Below are positions 16,027-25,082 of a stretch of DNA of 64,000 bases, piece by piece; position 1 is the stretch's first letter; the number at the start of each line of letters is the position of its first letter. The position numbers and the translations under genes were made by a program. The notes below the pieces were generated by a model. It was not told the origin of the DNA. It saw only the letters and a program-made list of their open reading frames with translations, and ran no database searches. The DNA comes from Bacteroidales bacterium. GTDB lineage: Bacteria > Bacteroidota > Bacteroidia > Bacteroidales > UBA3663. The stretch is taken from contig JAFWRO010000058.1 in assembly GCA_017519885.1 (NCBI GenBank), positions 5,127 to 69,126 of the forward strand, written 5' to 3'.

Positions 16027-17274
16027 TTATTTCAGCTTGAAATATCTATACTTGATGTCATAAGCGAAGAACAACTCCATACGGATGTCACGTCCCTCGT
16101 GCTCCTTCAACTGCTTGATTAACTTCTCAGCCATCTTTCGTTCGGTCTTATTGAAACCATTCGGGTCCTTCAATTTCTTCTCTGCGTTGGCAATCAACTT
16201 AGGCAAGGTGTCGGCGGGAACCGATGGGAGCGTGAGACGACTGCTGGAGCTAATGGGCATATAGATGCCTCCACCCAAGTCACGACACTCGGTGCTTTCC
16301 TGAATATGCTCACCTTTTTTCTCGGCCTTCAGGATGCCCCAATCGTCTTCCACCACATGGAGACGACTGACAGTTCGACGGGTTCTCTTCTCTTTGACTT
16401 TTTCTCCCTGTTCATTGACCTTCTCCCGCTCAGTGGTACGTGTTTCGACATATTCGAGCACATCGATCATCTTGTCATCCTGTTCGTAGGAACCCACCAA
16501 CTGGAACTTGTCGCGTGCCGAACCATGGCGTCCCCAATCCTCATAGTCATCATAGACCTCATCAAAGATGTCGGGCATGATGAGGAGTTTATTTTTGTAG
16601 AGGGTCTTCTGTTCGTCGGCGGTGAGGTTCTCGTTGCATTCGACAATCTTCTGCTCCGAGTCGGTAATCTTCCCATTCGCATACGTGCGTACCAACGAAA
16701 CCTTCGCCTTCAGCGATGGGTGATCGAGCGCTAGGTTAAAGATCTTTTTATAGCCGGCCAATGCAAGGGCACTCTTCAGCAGAATCATGTATTTCTTCGG
16801 AATAATATTGAAGATCAAGTCCATGTCGTTCATACGGGCATCATACTTCACAGCAGCCTGCCAGGAATCGATGCGCGACCTGTTTTCATTGGCCTTGTCC
16901 CAAACGTGACGCAGTACGTAATGTGCAGGTGTCTCGCCGTCGGGAGTGACGATGGCGGGAGGCAACAGCATCAGTTTCTCACTCAGTGCCTCGTTGTGAA
17001 CCAGCGTCTCACCCTTGACGAGAGTGAGTTCACGACGTACGGTCTGCTGACCCATACACGAGTATTCCACCTTCAGATTGCCTGCGGGAAGTTCGTCGAG
17101 CATATATTCGCCCTTTTCGTTAGCAGCTATACCGCGATTGGCAGATGCGATATAGACCGTGGCATAAGGGCAAGGCGTACTGTCGTTGAGCAAAATGACT
17201 CCTTGCAGAGTCTGTGCCACACTTGGCAGCGCAGAAAGCGCTACAAGCAGGAACGGAATTAAAATCTTTTTCAT
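16027..17274 (-). CDS. exported CarboxypepD_reg-like domain protein, tandem paralog A
   Basis: Start moved to MKKILIPFLLVALSALPSVAQ. N-terminal GVILLNDSTPCPYATVYIASANRGIAANEKGEY...L fold signature. Confidence 0.7.
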   Translation of the reverse strand: MKKILIPFLLVALSALPSVAQTLQGVILLNDSTPCPYATVYIASANRGIAANEKGEYMLDELPAGNLKVEYSCMGQQTVRRELTLVKGETLVHNEALSEKLMLLPPAIVTPDGETPAHYVLRHVWDKANENRSRIDSWQAAVKYDARMNDMDLIFNIIPKKYMILLKSALALAGYKKIFNLALDHPSLKAKVSLVRTYANGKITDSEQKIVECNENLTADEQKTLYKNKLLIMPDIFDEVYDDYEDWGRHGSARDKFQLVGSYEQDDKMIDVLEYVETRTTEREKVNEQGEKVKEKRTRRTVSRLHVVEDDWGILKAEKKGEHIQESTECRDLGGGIYMPISSSSRLTLPSVPADTLPKLIANAEKKLKDPNGFNKTERKMAEKLIKQLKEHEGRDIRMELFFAYDIKYRYFKLK

Positions 17275-17319
17275 CTTTATTTTATTTATAAAAATCTCAT
17301 CAAGCAAAGGTTTTCAATC

Positions 17320-18558
17320 TTACTTGACCTTAAAGTAATGGTACTTGATATCGTAGCCGAAGCTGATTTCGAAGCAGACGTCGCGATCCTGATGCTGCTT
17401 CAGTTGCTTGATCATTGCATCAGTTGCTTGTTTTTGTGTCTTGCTCCAATCCGAACGATCCTCTTTCTCCAATCTCTCAATCTCTTTGGGGATCTCCTCT
17501 TTTGAATAGAGAGGCATGCTGAGATGAACGCTGGAACTGATGGGCATGTAGATGCCGCCACCCATATCGCGACATTCGTTCAAATAGTGCGATAGATCAT
17601 TCTGTTGTTCATATTTCAGGACACCCCACACGTCCTCCACAACGTGAAGTTTCATAGTGGTATTGACAATCTTCTTGGTCTTTATAGTGTCTCCGGCCTC
17701 ATTTACCTTTTTCTCTTCTCTTGTAGAGGTTCTGACATATTCGAGCACGTCGATGGTCTTGCCATCCAGTTCGTACGTGCCCACCAATTCGAACTTGTCG
17801 CGATTCGAACCCTTGCGCCCCCAACTTGCGTCCGGGTCATAAACCTCATCGAAAAGATTCGAGTCGATGAGCATCTTGTTTTCGCAAAGTGTCTTCTGTT
17901 CGCTGCTGGAAAGCGGCTCGTTGCTTATCACCTTTTGTTCCACATTCTTCACCTTACCCTTCTGATAGGTACGAAGCATCGATACCTTGGCTTTAAGGGC
18001 AGGATGGTCGAGGACCAGGCTGACTATTCTCCTGTAACCGGCCACTGTGGCTGCGGTCTTCATGAGAAATATGTACTTCTTGGGAATAGCATTGACGATA
18101 AGATCGATGTCATTCAATCCGAGGTCATACTTTACTTCGGCCTGCCACGTGTCGATGCGCTTGCGGTTCTCGTCGGCCTTGTCCCAAACGTGACGCAGCA
18201 CGTAATGTGCAGGACTTTCGCCATCGACAGTCACAATGGATGGAGGCAGAAGCATCAGTTTCTCGCTCAGCATCTCGTTGTTAACCAATGTCTCGCCCTT
18301 GACTAGAGTGAGTTCGCGACGCACAGTCTGCTGACCCATGCATGAGTATTCCACCTTCAACTTTCCTGCAGGAAGCTCGTCGAGTGTATATTCTCCCTTT
18401 TCGTTGGCGGCAATACCACGATTGGCAGACGCGACATAAACAGTGGCATAAGGACAAGGCGTACTGTCGTTGAGCAAAATGACTCCTTGCAGAGTCTGTG
18501 CCACACTTGGCAGCACGGAAAGCGCTACCAGCAAAAGAGTGATTAATAAATTCTTCAT
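17320..18558 (-). CDS. exported CarboxypepD_reg-like domain protein, tandem paralog B
   Basis: 412 aa and collinear with paralog A. The first ~130 aa are nearly identical. Confidence 0.7.
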   Translation of the reverse strand: MKNLLITLLLVALSVLPSVAQTLQGVILLNDSTPCPYATVYVASANRGIAANEKGEYTLDELPAGKLKVEYSCMGQQTVRRELTLVKGETLVNNEMLSEKLMLLPPSIVTVDGESPAHYVLRHVWDKADENRKRIDTWQAEVKYDLGLNDIDLIVNAIPKKYIFLMKTAATVAGYRRIVSLVLDHPALKAKVSMLRTYQKGKVKNVEQKVISNEPLSSSEQKTLCENKMLIDSNLFDEVYDPDASWGRKGSNRDKFELVGTYELDGKTIDVLEYVRTSTREEKKVNEAGDTIKTKKIVNTTMKLHVVEDVWGVLKYEQQNDLSHYLNECRDMGGGIYMPISSSVHLSMPLYSKEEIPKEIERLEKEDRSDWSKTQKQATDAMIKQLKQHQDRDVCFEISFGYDIKYHYFKVK

Positions 18559-18572
18559 ATTATTTATCGGAG

Positions 18573-19346
18573 TTATTTCAATACCACTTCCACCGGGCAG
18601 TGGTCGCTACCAAAGATCTCGTTATGGATGCTGGCACCTTCAAGACGGTCGGCAAGACGACTGCTGACCAGGAAATAGTCGATGCGCCAACCGGCGTTCT
18701 TCTCGCGTGCCTTGAAACGATAGCTCCACCACGAATAAGCTCCTTCGAGCGTAGGATAGAAATGGCGGAAGGTGTCGATGAAACCGGCATTGAGATGCTG
18801 AGTCATCTGCGCACGTTCCTGGTCGGTGAAACCGGCGTTCATGCGGTTGGCCTTGGGATTCTTGATGTCAATCTCCTCGTGTGCCACGTTCATATCGCCG
18901 CACACGATGATGGGTTTCTTGGCGTCAAGTTCCTGCATAAACCGACGGAAGGCTTCATCCCACGTCATACGGTAGTCGAGACGACGCAGGCCGTCCTGCG
19001 AATTGGGCGTATAGACGGTGATGAGAAAGAAGTCGGGATATTCGAGTGTGATGACGCGACCCTCATGATCGGAGGTTTCTGCACCCGTTTCGTCAGTCCA
19101 ACTACCTATTCCATAGTGGACCGAAAGGGGTTCATGTTTCGTAAAAATTGCGGTACCCGAGTATCCCTTCTTCTCGGCATAGTTCCAATAGGACCGATAG
19201 CCCGGGAATTCGATATCGAGTTGACCCTCCTGCATCTTGGTCTCCTGCAAGCAGAAGAAATCGGCATCGAGCGTCTCAAACACTTCCTTGAAGTTTTTGC
19301 CCACTACGGCACGAAGGCCGTTTACATTCCAACTGATGAATTTCAT
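18573..19346 (-). CDS. xth: exodeoxyribonuclease III
   Basis: Start moved to MKFISWNVNGLRA. Motifs QETK, ...VCGDMNVAHEEIDI and ...GSDHCPV. Confidence 0.9.
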   Translation of the reverse strand: MKFISWNVNGLRAVVGKNFKEVFETLDADFFCLQETKMQEGQLDIEFPGYRSYWNYAEKKGYSGTAIFTKHEPLSVHYGIGSWTDETGAETSDHEGRVITLEYPDFFLITVYTPNSQDGLRRLDYRMTWDEAFRRFMQELDAKKPIIVCGDMNVAHEEIDIKNPKANRMNAGFTDQERAQMTQHLNAGFIDTFRHFYPTLEGAYSWWSYRFKAREKNAGWRIDYFLVSSRLADRLEGASIHNEIFGSDHCPVEVVLK

Positions 19347-19368
19347 ATATTTATCGCATTTTTGGGTG

Positions 19369-19376
19369 CAAAAATA
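19369..19376 (-). promoter_or_regulatory. -7 box TATTTTTG for xth
   Basis: Minus strand CGTTATTTTTGCACC, 23 nt upstream of the ATG. Confidence 0.5.
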
Positions 19377-19484
19377 ACGATTATTTATCCTATTTCCAAA
19401 TATTTGGACGAAAAACGGCAAAAAAATCCGAATTGGTTTGGGTATAATTCGATATTTTAATATATTTGCGGCTGAAATTTGCAA

Positions 19485-19492
19485 TATCTTTG
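19485..19492 (+). promoter_or_regulatory. -7 box TATCTTTG for the kinase/GH109 pair
   Basis: 21 nt upstream of the ATG at 19513. A second box, TATATTTG, lies at 19461-19468. Confidence 0.5.
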
Positions 19493-19512
19493 CCTCGAAT
19501 CTTTTCTACGAC

Positions 19513-20595
19513 ATGAAGAAGGAACAACAGATAGTTTCGGCTTTCGACTTCAAAGGGAAAATCGCTGCCGTACAACCTTTTGGGAACGGGCACATCAACG
19601 ATACATTCCGCGTCATCACCGAGGGCGATGACACTCCCGACTACGTGCTGCAACGCATCAACCATCATATCTTCCGGAATGTGGATATGCTGATGGACAA
19701 CATCATCGCTGTCACCGATCATATTCGCAAGAAACTGGAACAGCAAGGCGTCAAAGACCTCGACCGCCGCGTGCTTCGATTCCTTCCCACACACGAAGGT
19801 AAATATTACCATTTCGACGACGAATCGTATTGGCGACTGATGATTTGCATCGCCGATTCTGAGAGCTTCGATGTGGTCGATGCCAAGTATTCGCACTTTG
19901 CTGGTCTTGCCTTCGGAGAGTTCCAGAATATGCTGGCAGATATCCCCATCGAGTTGGGCGAAACCATTCCCAACTTCCACAATATGGAGTTCCGCCTTGA
20001 GGAGTTCCGTGAGGCAGTTCGCAACAATCGGGCTGGACGGGCTGCCAAAGTGAGCGACCTCATCGACGGCATCGAGCAAAGGGCCCAAGCGATGTGCGAA
20101 GGCGAACGCCTCCATCGTGCAGGACTCCTGCCCAAGCGCATCTGCCATTGTGACACGAAGGTCAACAACATCCTCTTCGACCGCGATGGACGGGTGCTTT
20201 GCGTCATCGACCTCGACACTGTGATGCCGAACTTCATCTTCTCCGACTACGGCGACTTCCTGCGCACAGCAGCCAACACCGCTGCCGAAGATGAACCCAA
20301 CCTCAGCCGCGTGGGCTTCGACATGGAGATCTTCGAAGCATTTACCCGCGGCTATCTCGAAAGCGCACGTTTCCTCACCGACATCGAGATTTCGCACCTC
20401 CCCTATGCCGCTGCACTCTTCCCATATATGCAGACCGTGCGATTCCTGGGCGATTACCTCAATGGCGACACCTACTACAAGATTGCCTATCCCGGGCACA
20501 ACCTCGTCCGCGCAAGGGCACAGATGAAGTTACTCCAGAGCGTAGAAGAGTGCATGCCCAGGATGAAAGAGTTCATTGCGACTTTAATCTCATAA
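19513..20595 (+). CDS. nahK: N-acetylhexosamine 1-kinase-like phosphotransferase (NahK/LnpB family)
   Basis: Collinear with my recollection of Bifidobacterium NahK: FGNGHINDTF, LQRINHHIF, CHCDTKVNNILFD, IDLDTVMP, GDYLNGDTYYK..YPGHNLVRARAQ. Confidence 0.75.
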   Translation: MKKEQQIVSAFDFKGKIAAVQPFGNGHINDTFRVITEGDDTPDYVLQRINHHIFRNVDMLMDNIIAVTDHIRKKLEQQGVKDLDRRVLRFLPTHEGKYYHFDDESYWRLMICIADSESFDVVDAKYSHFAGLAFGEFQNMLADIPIELGETIPNFHNMEFRLEEFREAVRNNRAGRAAKVSDLIDGIEQRAQAMCEGERLHRAGLLPKRICHCDTKVNNILFDRDGRVLCVIDLDTVMPNFIFSDYGDFLRTAANTAAEDEPNLSRVGFDMEIFEAFTRGYLESARFLTDIEISHLPYAAALFPYMQTVRFLGDYLNGDTYYKIAYPGHNLVRARAQMKLLQSVEECMPRMKEFIATLIS

Positions 20596-20597
20596 AT

Positions 20598-20649
20598 AAT
20601 TATAGTGCCTATAGTATTTATAGTCACTATAGCCACTATAGTCACTATT
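20598..20649. repeat. family D spacer repeat (ACTATAG words), instance D1
   Basis: aattatagtgcctatagtatttatagtcactatagccactatagtcactatt, followed by A6-C7-A6 and the ATG. Confidence 0.85.
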
Positions 20650-20670
20650 AAAAAATCCCCCCCAAAAAAC

Positions 20671-22026
20671 ATGAAACGCCATTTAATTCAGCTACTTCTT
20701 GCAGTACCAGTAATCTGCAGTATCATCCTTTGCGGATGCAACAGCAACGCACATAATAGCCGCATCATCCCCGTGGAAACACCCGCTCGTCCTGCGGGAC
20801 AGAAAGACGTGCTCGGGCTTCGCCTTCCACCCATCGATACCATTCGAGTCGGCTTCATCGGCCTCGGCATGCGAGGCGAGGATGCCGTCTATCGCTATAC
20901 CAATCTCCCTGGTGTGGAAATCAAGGCGCTCTGCGACCTGCATCAGGAGCGTGCCGATTCATGTCAGCGATTCCTTCGTGCAGCAGGCATGCCCGAAGCA
21001 GACACTTATGCAGGCAGCGAGGATGCCTGGAAGGCAGTCTGTGAACGTCCCGACATTAACCTGATCTACATCTGCACCGATTGGATCGACCACGCTCCCA
21101 TGATGCTCTATGCCATGGAACACGGCAAGAACGTGGCTTGCGAGGTACCCGCAGCCCTGACTATGGAGGAAATCTGGGATGTGATCAACACTGCCGAACG
21201 CACACAACTCCATTGCATGATGCTCGAGAACTGCGTCTATGATTTCTTCGAGATGACGACGCTCAACATGGCTCAGCATGGCGTCTTCGGAGAACTGATG
21301 CACGTCGAGGGAGGCTACTTGCATTGCCTCGAACCTTATTGGCCCGAATATGACGACGACTGGCGCATGAAGTACAACAAGGCACATCGTGGCGACGTTT
21401 ATCCAACGCACGGTATGGGTCCTGCCTGTCAGTTGCTCAACATCCATCGCGGCGATCGCATGAAGACGCTCGTTTCTATGGACACCAAGGCAGTCGCTTT
21501 GCCTGAATATCTGAAGGAAGCACGCGGCGAAACTGTCGATGTGGCCAATGGAGATCATACCATGACGATGGTCCGCACCGAACTCGGCAAGAGCATGCTC
21601 ATCCAGCACTGCACTGCTACTCCCCGACCTTATAGCCGCCTCTATGAACTGACTGGCACAAAAGGTTTTGCACAGAAATATCCGAGACCCGGCTACTCCA
21701 TCAACTCACACAGTTTCGTCAGCGATGCCGTGCGCGATTCCTTGACACAAGCCTATCGCAGCCCTATCCTCACCGCCGACCTCGAAGAGAATGCCCGTCG
21801 CGTGGGCGGTCATGGTGGCATGGACTTCATCATGGACTATCGCCTCGTCTATTGCCTGCATCTCGGCCTTCCTCTCGACATGGACGTCTATGACCTTGCC
21901 GAGTGGTGCTGCATCAGCCCCCTCTCTGCCCTCTCGCTCGAAAATGGCTTTGCTCCCGTCGAAGTCCCCGACTTCACCCGTGGTAAATGGAACAAGATCC
22001 AGGGCTTCCGCTATGCATTTGAATGA
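20671..22026 (+). CDS. GH109-like alpha-N-acetylgalactosaminidase (NAD-dependent Gfo/Idh/MocA fold) lipoprotein
   Basis: Start moved to MKRHLIQ...ILCGC (lipobox). Rossmann segment VGFIGLGMRG. The GGYLH, THGMGP and GGHGGMDF segments are typical of GH109. Confidence 0.8.
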   Translation: MKRHLIQLLLAVPVICSIILCGCNSNAHNSRIIPVETPARPAGQKDVLGLRLPPIDTIRVGFIGLGMRGEDAVYRYTNLPGVEIKALCDLHQERADSCQRFLRAAGMPEADTYAGSEDAWKAVCERPDINLIYICTDWIDHAPMMLYAMEHGKNVACEVPAALTMEEIWDVINTAERTQLHCMMLENCVYDFFEMTTLNMAQHGVFGELMHVEGGYLHCLEPYWPEYDDDWRMKYNKAHRGDVYPTHGMGPACQLLNIHRGDRMKTLVSMDTKAVALPEYLKEARGETVDVANGDHTMTMVRTELGKSMLIQHCTATPRPYSRLYELTGTKGFAQKYPRPGYSINSHSFVSDAVRDSLTQAYRSPILTADLEENARRVGGHGGMDFIMDYRLVYCLHLGLPLDMDVYDLAEWCCISPLSALSLENGFAPVEVPDFTRGKWNKIQGFRYAFE

Positions 22027-22068
22027 TTTATCATCCCGAATTTGAGTATTATCGAATCATAAGAAAAA

Positions 22069-22125
22069 TGTGAGCTAAATCGACTAAGTGTCCCAAGGAA
22101 ATAGAACATGTCGATTTAGCTCACA
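22069..22125. terminator. bidirectional terminator hairpin between convergent genes
   Basis: 16-bp perfect stem tgtgagctaaatcgac / gtcgatttagctcaca with a 25-nt loop, an A-run before and a T-run after. Confidence 0.65.
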
Positions 22126-22151
22126 AATTTTATAATTTGTAAAAAAGATAC

Positions 22152-22733
22152 TTACTCCTTCACCAGCGCATTGATGTAACTGCGGACGGTAGAATAGAGA
22201 AGTTCAAACTGCTTGACGGCTTTCTGTGCATCGGTTGCGTCGATTTCCTCGTAACCGATGCGATTGTTTTCTATGAGACTGGAAGGAATCCAAGTTCTAC
22301 GGATAGTCACCGACGGAGGGTTGATTTCAAGATATTGGCACTCTGTGTGGCCATCCTGAGGGTTCTGTTGAAGGTTGAAATAGAGCTGGTCGAAAAAGCG
22401 ATAAGCTCTGCCAACTTGAATATGATCAGTAGGAATACCCTTCAGCGAAATGACGTACTGGCGAATCTGCATGAGCGACTTATAGAATAAATCAATGCCT
22501 CGCTGGTACTGTGCTTCCGTAATCTCCTGCATGAGGATGTCGCTCGCCTCTTTTGTATCGATAAGATGATGCTCAATGCTTATATTGTTGTCTCCCGAGT
22601 ATTCAAGCGAATCGCAACGATAATTTGCGCCATATCCGGGAGGCGTATAGATGCCAAGTACGCGATAGAGGCGGCACTCTCGGAGATAGCGCCGCCCAAC
22701 GTAGTAACGTCCGATGAAAGGATCTTGTTCCAT
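22152..22733 (-). CDS. hypothetical protein (193 aa)
   Basis: ORF with protein-like composition, no signal peptide and no motif recognised. Confidence 0.5.
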   Translation of the reverse strand: MEQDPFIGRYYVGRRYLRECRLYRVLGIYTPPGYGANYRCDSLEYSGDNNISIEHHLIDTKEASDILMQEITEAQYQRGIDLFYKSLMQIRQYVISLKGIPTDHIQVGRAYRFFDQLYFNLQQNPQDGHTECQYLEINPPSVTIRRTWIPSSLIENNRIGYEEIDATDAQKAVKQFELLYSTVRSYINALVKE

Positions 22734-22737
22734 TATT

Positions 22738-22810
22738 GGAGTTAAGAAGGGTTTGGAGGGGTTAAGAAGGGTTAAGGGGGCTCTCCCCTTAAGCAGGGGG
22801 ATTGAGGGGA
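22738..22810. repeat. family B spacer element, instance B2, with embedded G/C hairpins
   Basis: ggagttaagaagggtttggaggggttaagaagggttaaggggg.... Hairpins at 22772-22792 and 22784-22801 are mutually exclusive. Confidence 0.85.
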
Positions 22811-22811
22811 T

Positions 22812-24920
22812 CTAATATGCCAAAAGATACCAGAGATCTCGCAGATATTGCTCGGGATCCCATTCGTAGTTGAAGGTCCACTGGGCAGTCATCTCATAAT
22901 TGCGGGGAGAGCCCACGGCCTGCTGGAGATTGTCGTCGAGCCAATGGCCTTGACCACCTTCGCGAATGCAATGATAATAATAGACGCGATTGCCCCACGG
23001 ACAGGGATCGAGCACTTTATCGGAATAGGCATACTGGATGTTAGCATCGAGAATCTGCTCTGAAAGGTGGCAGTTGAGCAGATAGATCTGATGGTCGTGA
23101 TGATAACGGCCCAAGAGTGTGGGGGACTTGGCATCAAACCAGGAATCCTTGACAACAAATTTCTTCAAACGATTGCCACGACCGTCGTGCCAAAGGATGG
23201 CGCGGCCATCGCCGTAGAATTTGCAACGTGTAGCAAAGCACCAACCACGTGGGCACATGAAATCCACACCCGGGCAACGCAGATCTAGGTCGGCATGATA
23301 GTACATGCCTTCGCCCTCAAGTGCCCAAAGCGAAAGTGCATCGTTGCCATCGGCCCATACATTGCAGTTGACGATGATGGTATGGTTGGCACGTCCGTAG
23401 ATGGCCATCTGATGGACGGTGGTCTCTTCGACTGTTGTTCCGTAGTTGTTATAGACAGTCATGCCACTGATGACGCAGTTGTCGGCCTCCTCGGTGAGTA
23501 CGATCACACCCATGTGTACCTTCTTTCCCTTATATTCGGGCACAGTGATGGTATTGCCTGTTTCGGCGAGGATGAGACGTGTGCTGTCGCGATCCTCTCC
23601 CACTAGCACGATGTTCGGCTTGTCGATGATGACCTTCTGACGATAGATACCATTCATGACAAGAATCTTGAAAGGTTCCGTGCCTTCATCGGGAGCCTGT
23701 TCGATGGCTTTTTGGATGCTTTCGCCAGGACGTACCACGATGTCGAAATTCTTGGGATTAACGACAGGTTTTCGATCCATGTCGATGAGACCAGTTTCGT
23801 TGGCGCCCTTGGTGGTGAGACTGATCTTCACCTTATGTCGCTTGTCGTACTTGTCTGCCCAAGTCTCATAGAGCGGATATAATTCTGCAGGACGTGTGAC
23901 ATACCAACCGTAGCCATTGCGGCGTTCGGGACCAATCTGATCGAGGTGCTTGCGCGGCAGACCATCACGATCGCAAACGTAGGGTTCAACATTTACGAGG
24001 TCGTAGAAACGGCCCCAAAGCGGTGAAGCCGTAGGATCTTTCTCCAGATGCGTGTCGGCATCGGTATCGTTTCGTCCTTGACGGGCTCGCACGTAGCGCA
24101 GGCCAGTGAGTTTATAGGTATCGAGCCACTTCATGCCTCCATGCACAGCCGCCTTGACGCGCTTGTCGGGATTAGGCAACTCCATAAGCAGGCGCAGTAT
24201 GCCTGCGCTCTCCGACGGACCGTAGGATGGCAGTTCGTAGGCACGGGCAGCAGCCGGTTCGAATGTCTCGTGGTCGTGCTGCTGACACCAGATGGTAGGC
24301 TTGCCCTTCACGCGAATCTGTGTATTGAGGATGCAGTCGATGCCTTTGTCGAACGATGTGCGAAGCCTTTCACGGAGTTCGTCGTCGATAAGGTCGCCCC
24401 CATAAATGTCGCGTCCCTCGAAGAGGTCGCGGAAGAGGGTGAGTGTGTTCACCATGGCGTCATCATTATAAGTGATGTGCACCTGATAGCCACGGTTGTT
24501 GGGCCAGAACTGTGGCCAACCTCCATTCTCGTATTGTCCGCTGAGCAGGTATTCCACGCCACGACGGAAACCTTCCTTATAACGCTGTTCGCCCGTCTGC
24601 TTGTAGAGACGTGCCAGATATTTCATCTGCATCGTGGTGGCTCCGTTGTCGATGGTCGAATCGTCGTCACGTTGCTTGTCGCGTGCTATTCTTGCACGTT
24701 CCTCGGGAGTGAGGTTGCGTGCCATGTCGATATTCTTGGGCCAACCGCCCGTGACACGCTGATAGAGCAGCATCTGGTCGCCAATGCGTCGAGCCTCGTC
24801 GGTTTGGAAGAATGCATCATCGGTGGCACGCATCGGATTACGAGGTTGTGCGATAAGGCTCACGGATAAAAGACTGCAAACAAGCAGCAACAGGATTCGG
24901 ATGGAAAGATGTCGTTTCAT
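22812..24920 (-). CDS. bifunctional PL10 pectate lyase / CE8-like pectinesterase
   Basis: Start moved to MKRHLSIRILLLLV (signal peptide). N-terminal half has GGWPKNID, DNGATT and GGWPQFWP (PelA/Pel-15E type). C-terminal half has GIYRQKV, HQMAIY, GNDALSL, VDFMCPRG and LGRYHH, which parallel the CE8 motifs. Confidence 0.8.
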   Translation of the reverse strand: MKRHLSIRILLLLVCSLLSVSLIAQPRNPMRATDDAFFQTDEARRIGDQMLLYQRVTGGWPKNIDMARNLTPEERARIARDKQRDDDSTIDNGATTMQMKYLARLYKQTGEQRYKEGFRRGVEYLLSGQYENGGWPQFWPNNRGYQVHITYNDDAMVNTLTLFRDLFEGRDIYGGDLIDDELRERLRTSFDKGIDCILNTQIRVKGKPTIWCQQHDHETFEPAAARAYELPSYGPSESAGILRLLMELPNPDKRVKAAVHGGMKWLDTYKLTGLRYVRARQGRNDTDADTHLEKDPTASPLWGRFYDLVNVEPYVCDRDGLPRKHLDQIGPERRNGYGWYVTRPAELYPLYETWADKYDKRHKVKISLTTKGANETGLIDMDRKPVVNPKNFDIVVRPGESIQKAIEQAPDEGTEPFKILVMNGIYRQKVIIDKPNIVLVGEDRDSTRLILAETGNTITVPEYKGKKVHMGVIVLTEEADNCVISGMTVYNNYGTTVEETTVHQMAIYGRANHTIIVNCNVWADGNDALSLWALEGEGMYYHADLDLRCPGVDFMCPRGWCFATRCKFYGDGRAILWHDGRGNRLKKFVVKDSWFDAKSPTLLGRYHHDHQIYLLNCHLSEQILDANIQYAYSDKVLDPCPWGNRVYYYHCIREGGQGHWLDDNLQQAVGSPRNYEMTAQWTFNYEWDPEQYLRDLWYLLAY

Positions 24921-24948
24921 GTGTTGGTGTGGATTGATTAATACGCTG

Positions 24949-24956
24949 CAAAAATA
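24949..24956 (-). promoter_or_regulatory. -7 box TATTTTTG for the PL10/CE8 gene
   Basis: Minus strand CGTTATTTTTGCAGC, 29 nt upstream of the ATG at 24920. Confidence 0.55.
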
Positions 24957-25050
24957 ACGAATAATTCCACAAACTCCAAGTTTTTGTCCATAATTCTTCC
25001 ATTTTTGCACAAAAGAAGACACGAGGATACCATCCTATTCATTTTTTATT

Positions 25051-25058
25051 TATCTTTG
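25051..25058 (+). promoter_or_regulatory. -7 box TATCTTTG for the NUDIX operon
   Basis: 25 nt upstream of the ATG at 25083. Confidence 0.6.
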
Positions 25059-25082
25059 CAACGCAATTTTCAACAAATAGAT

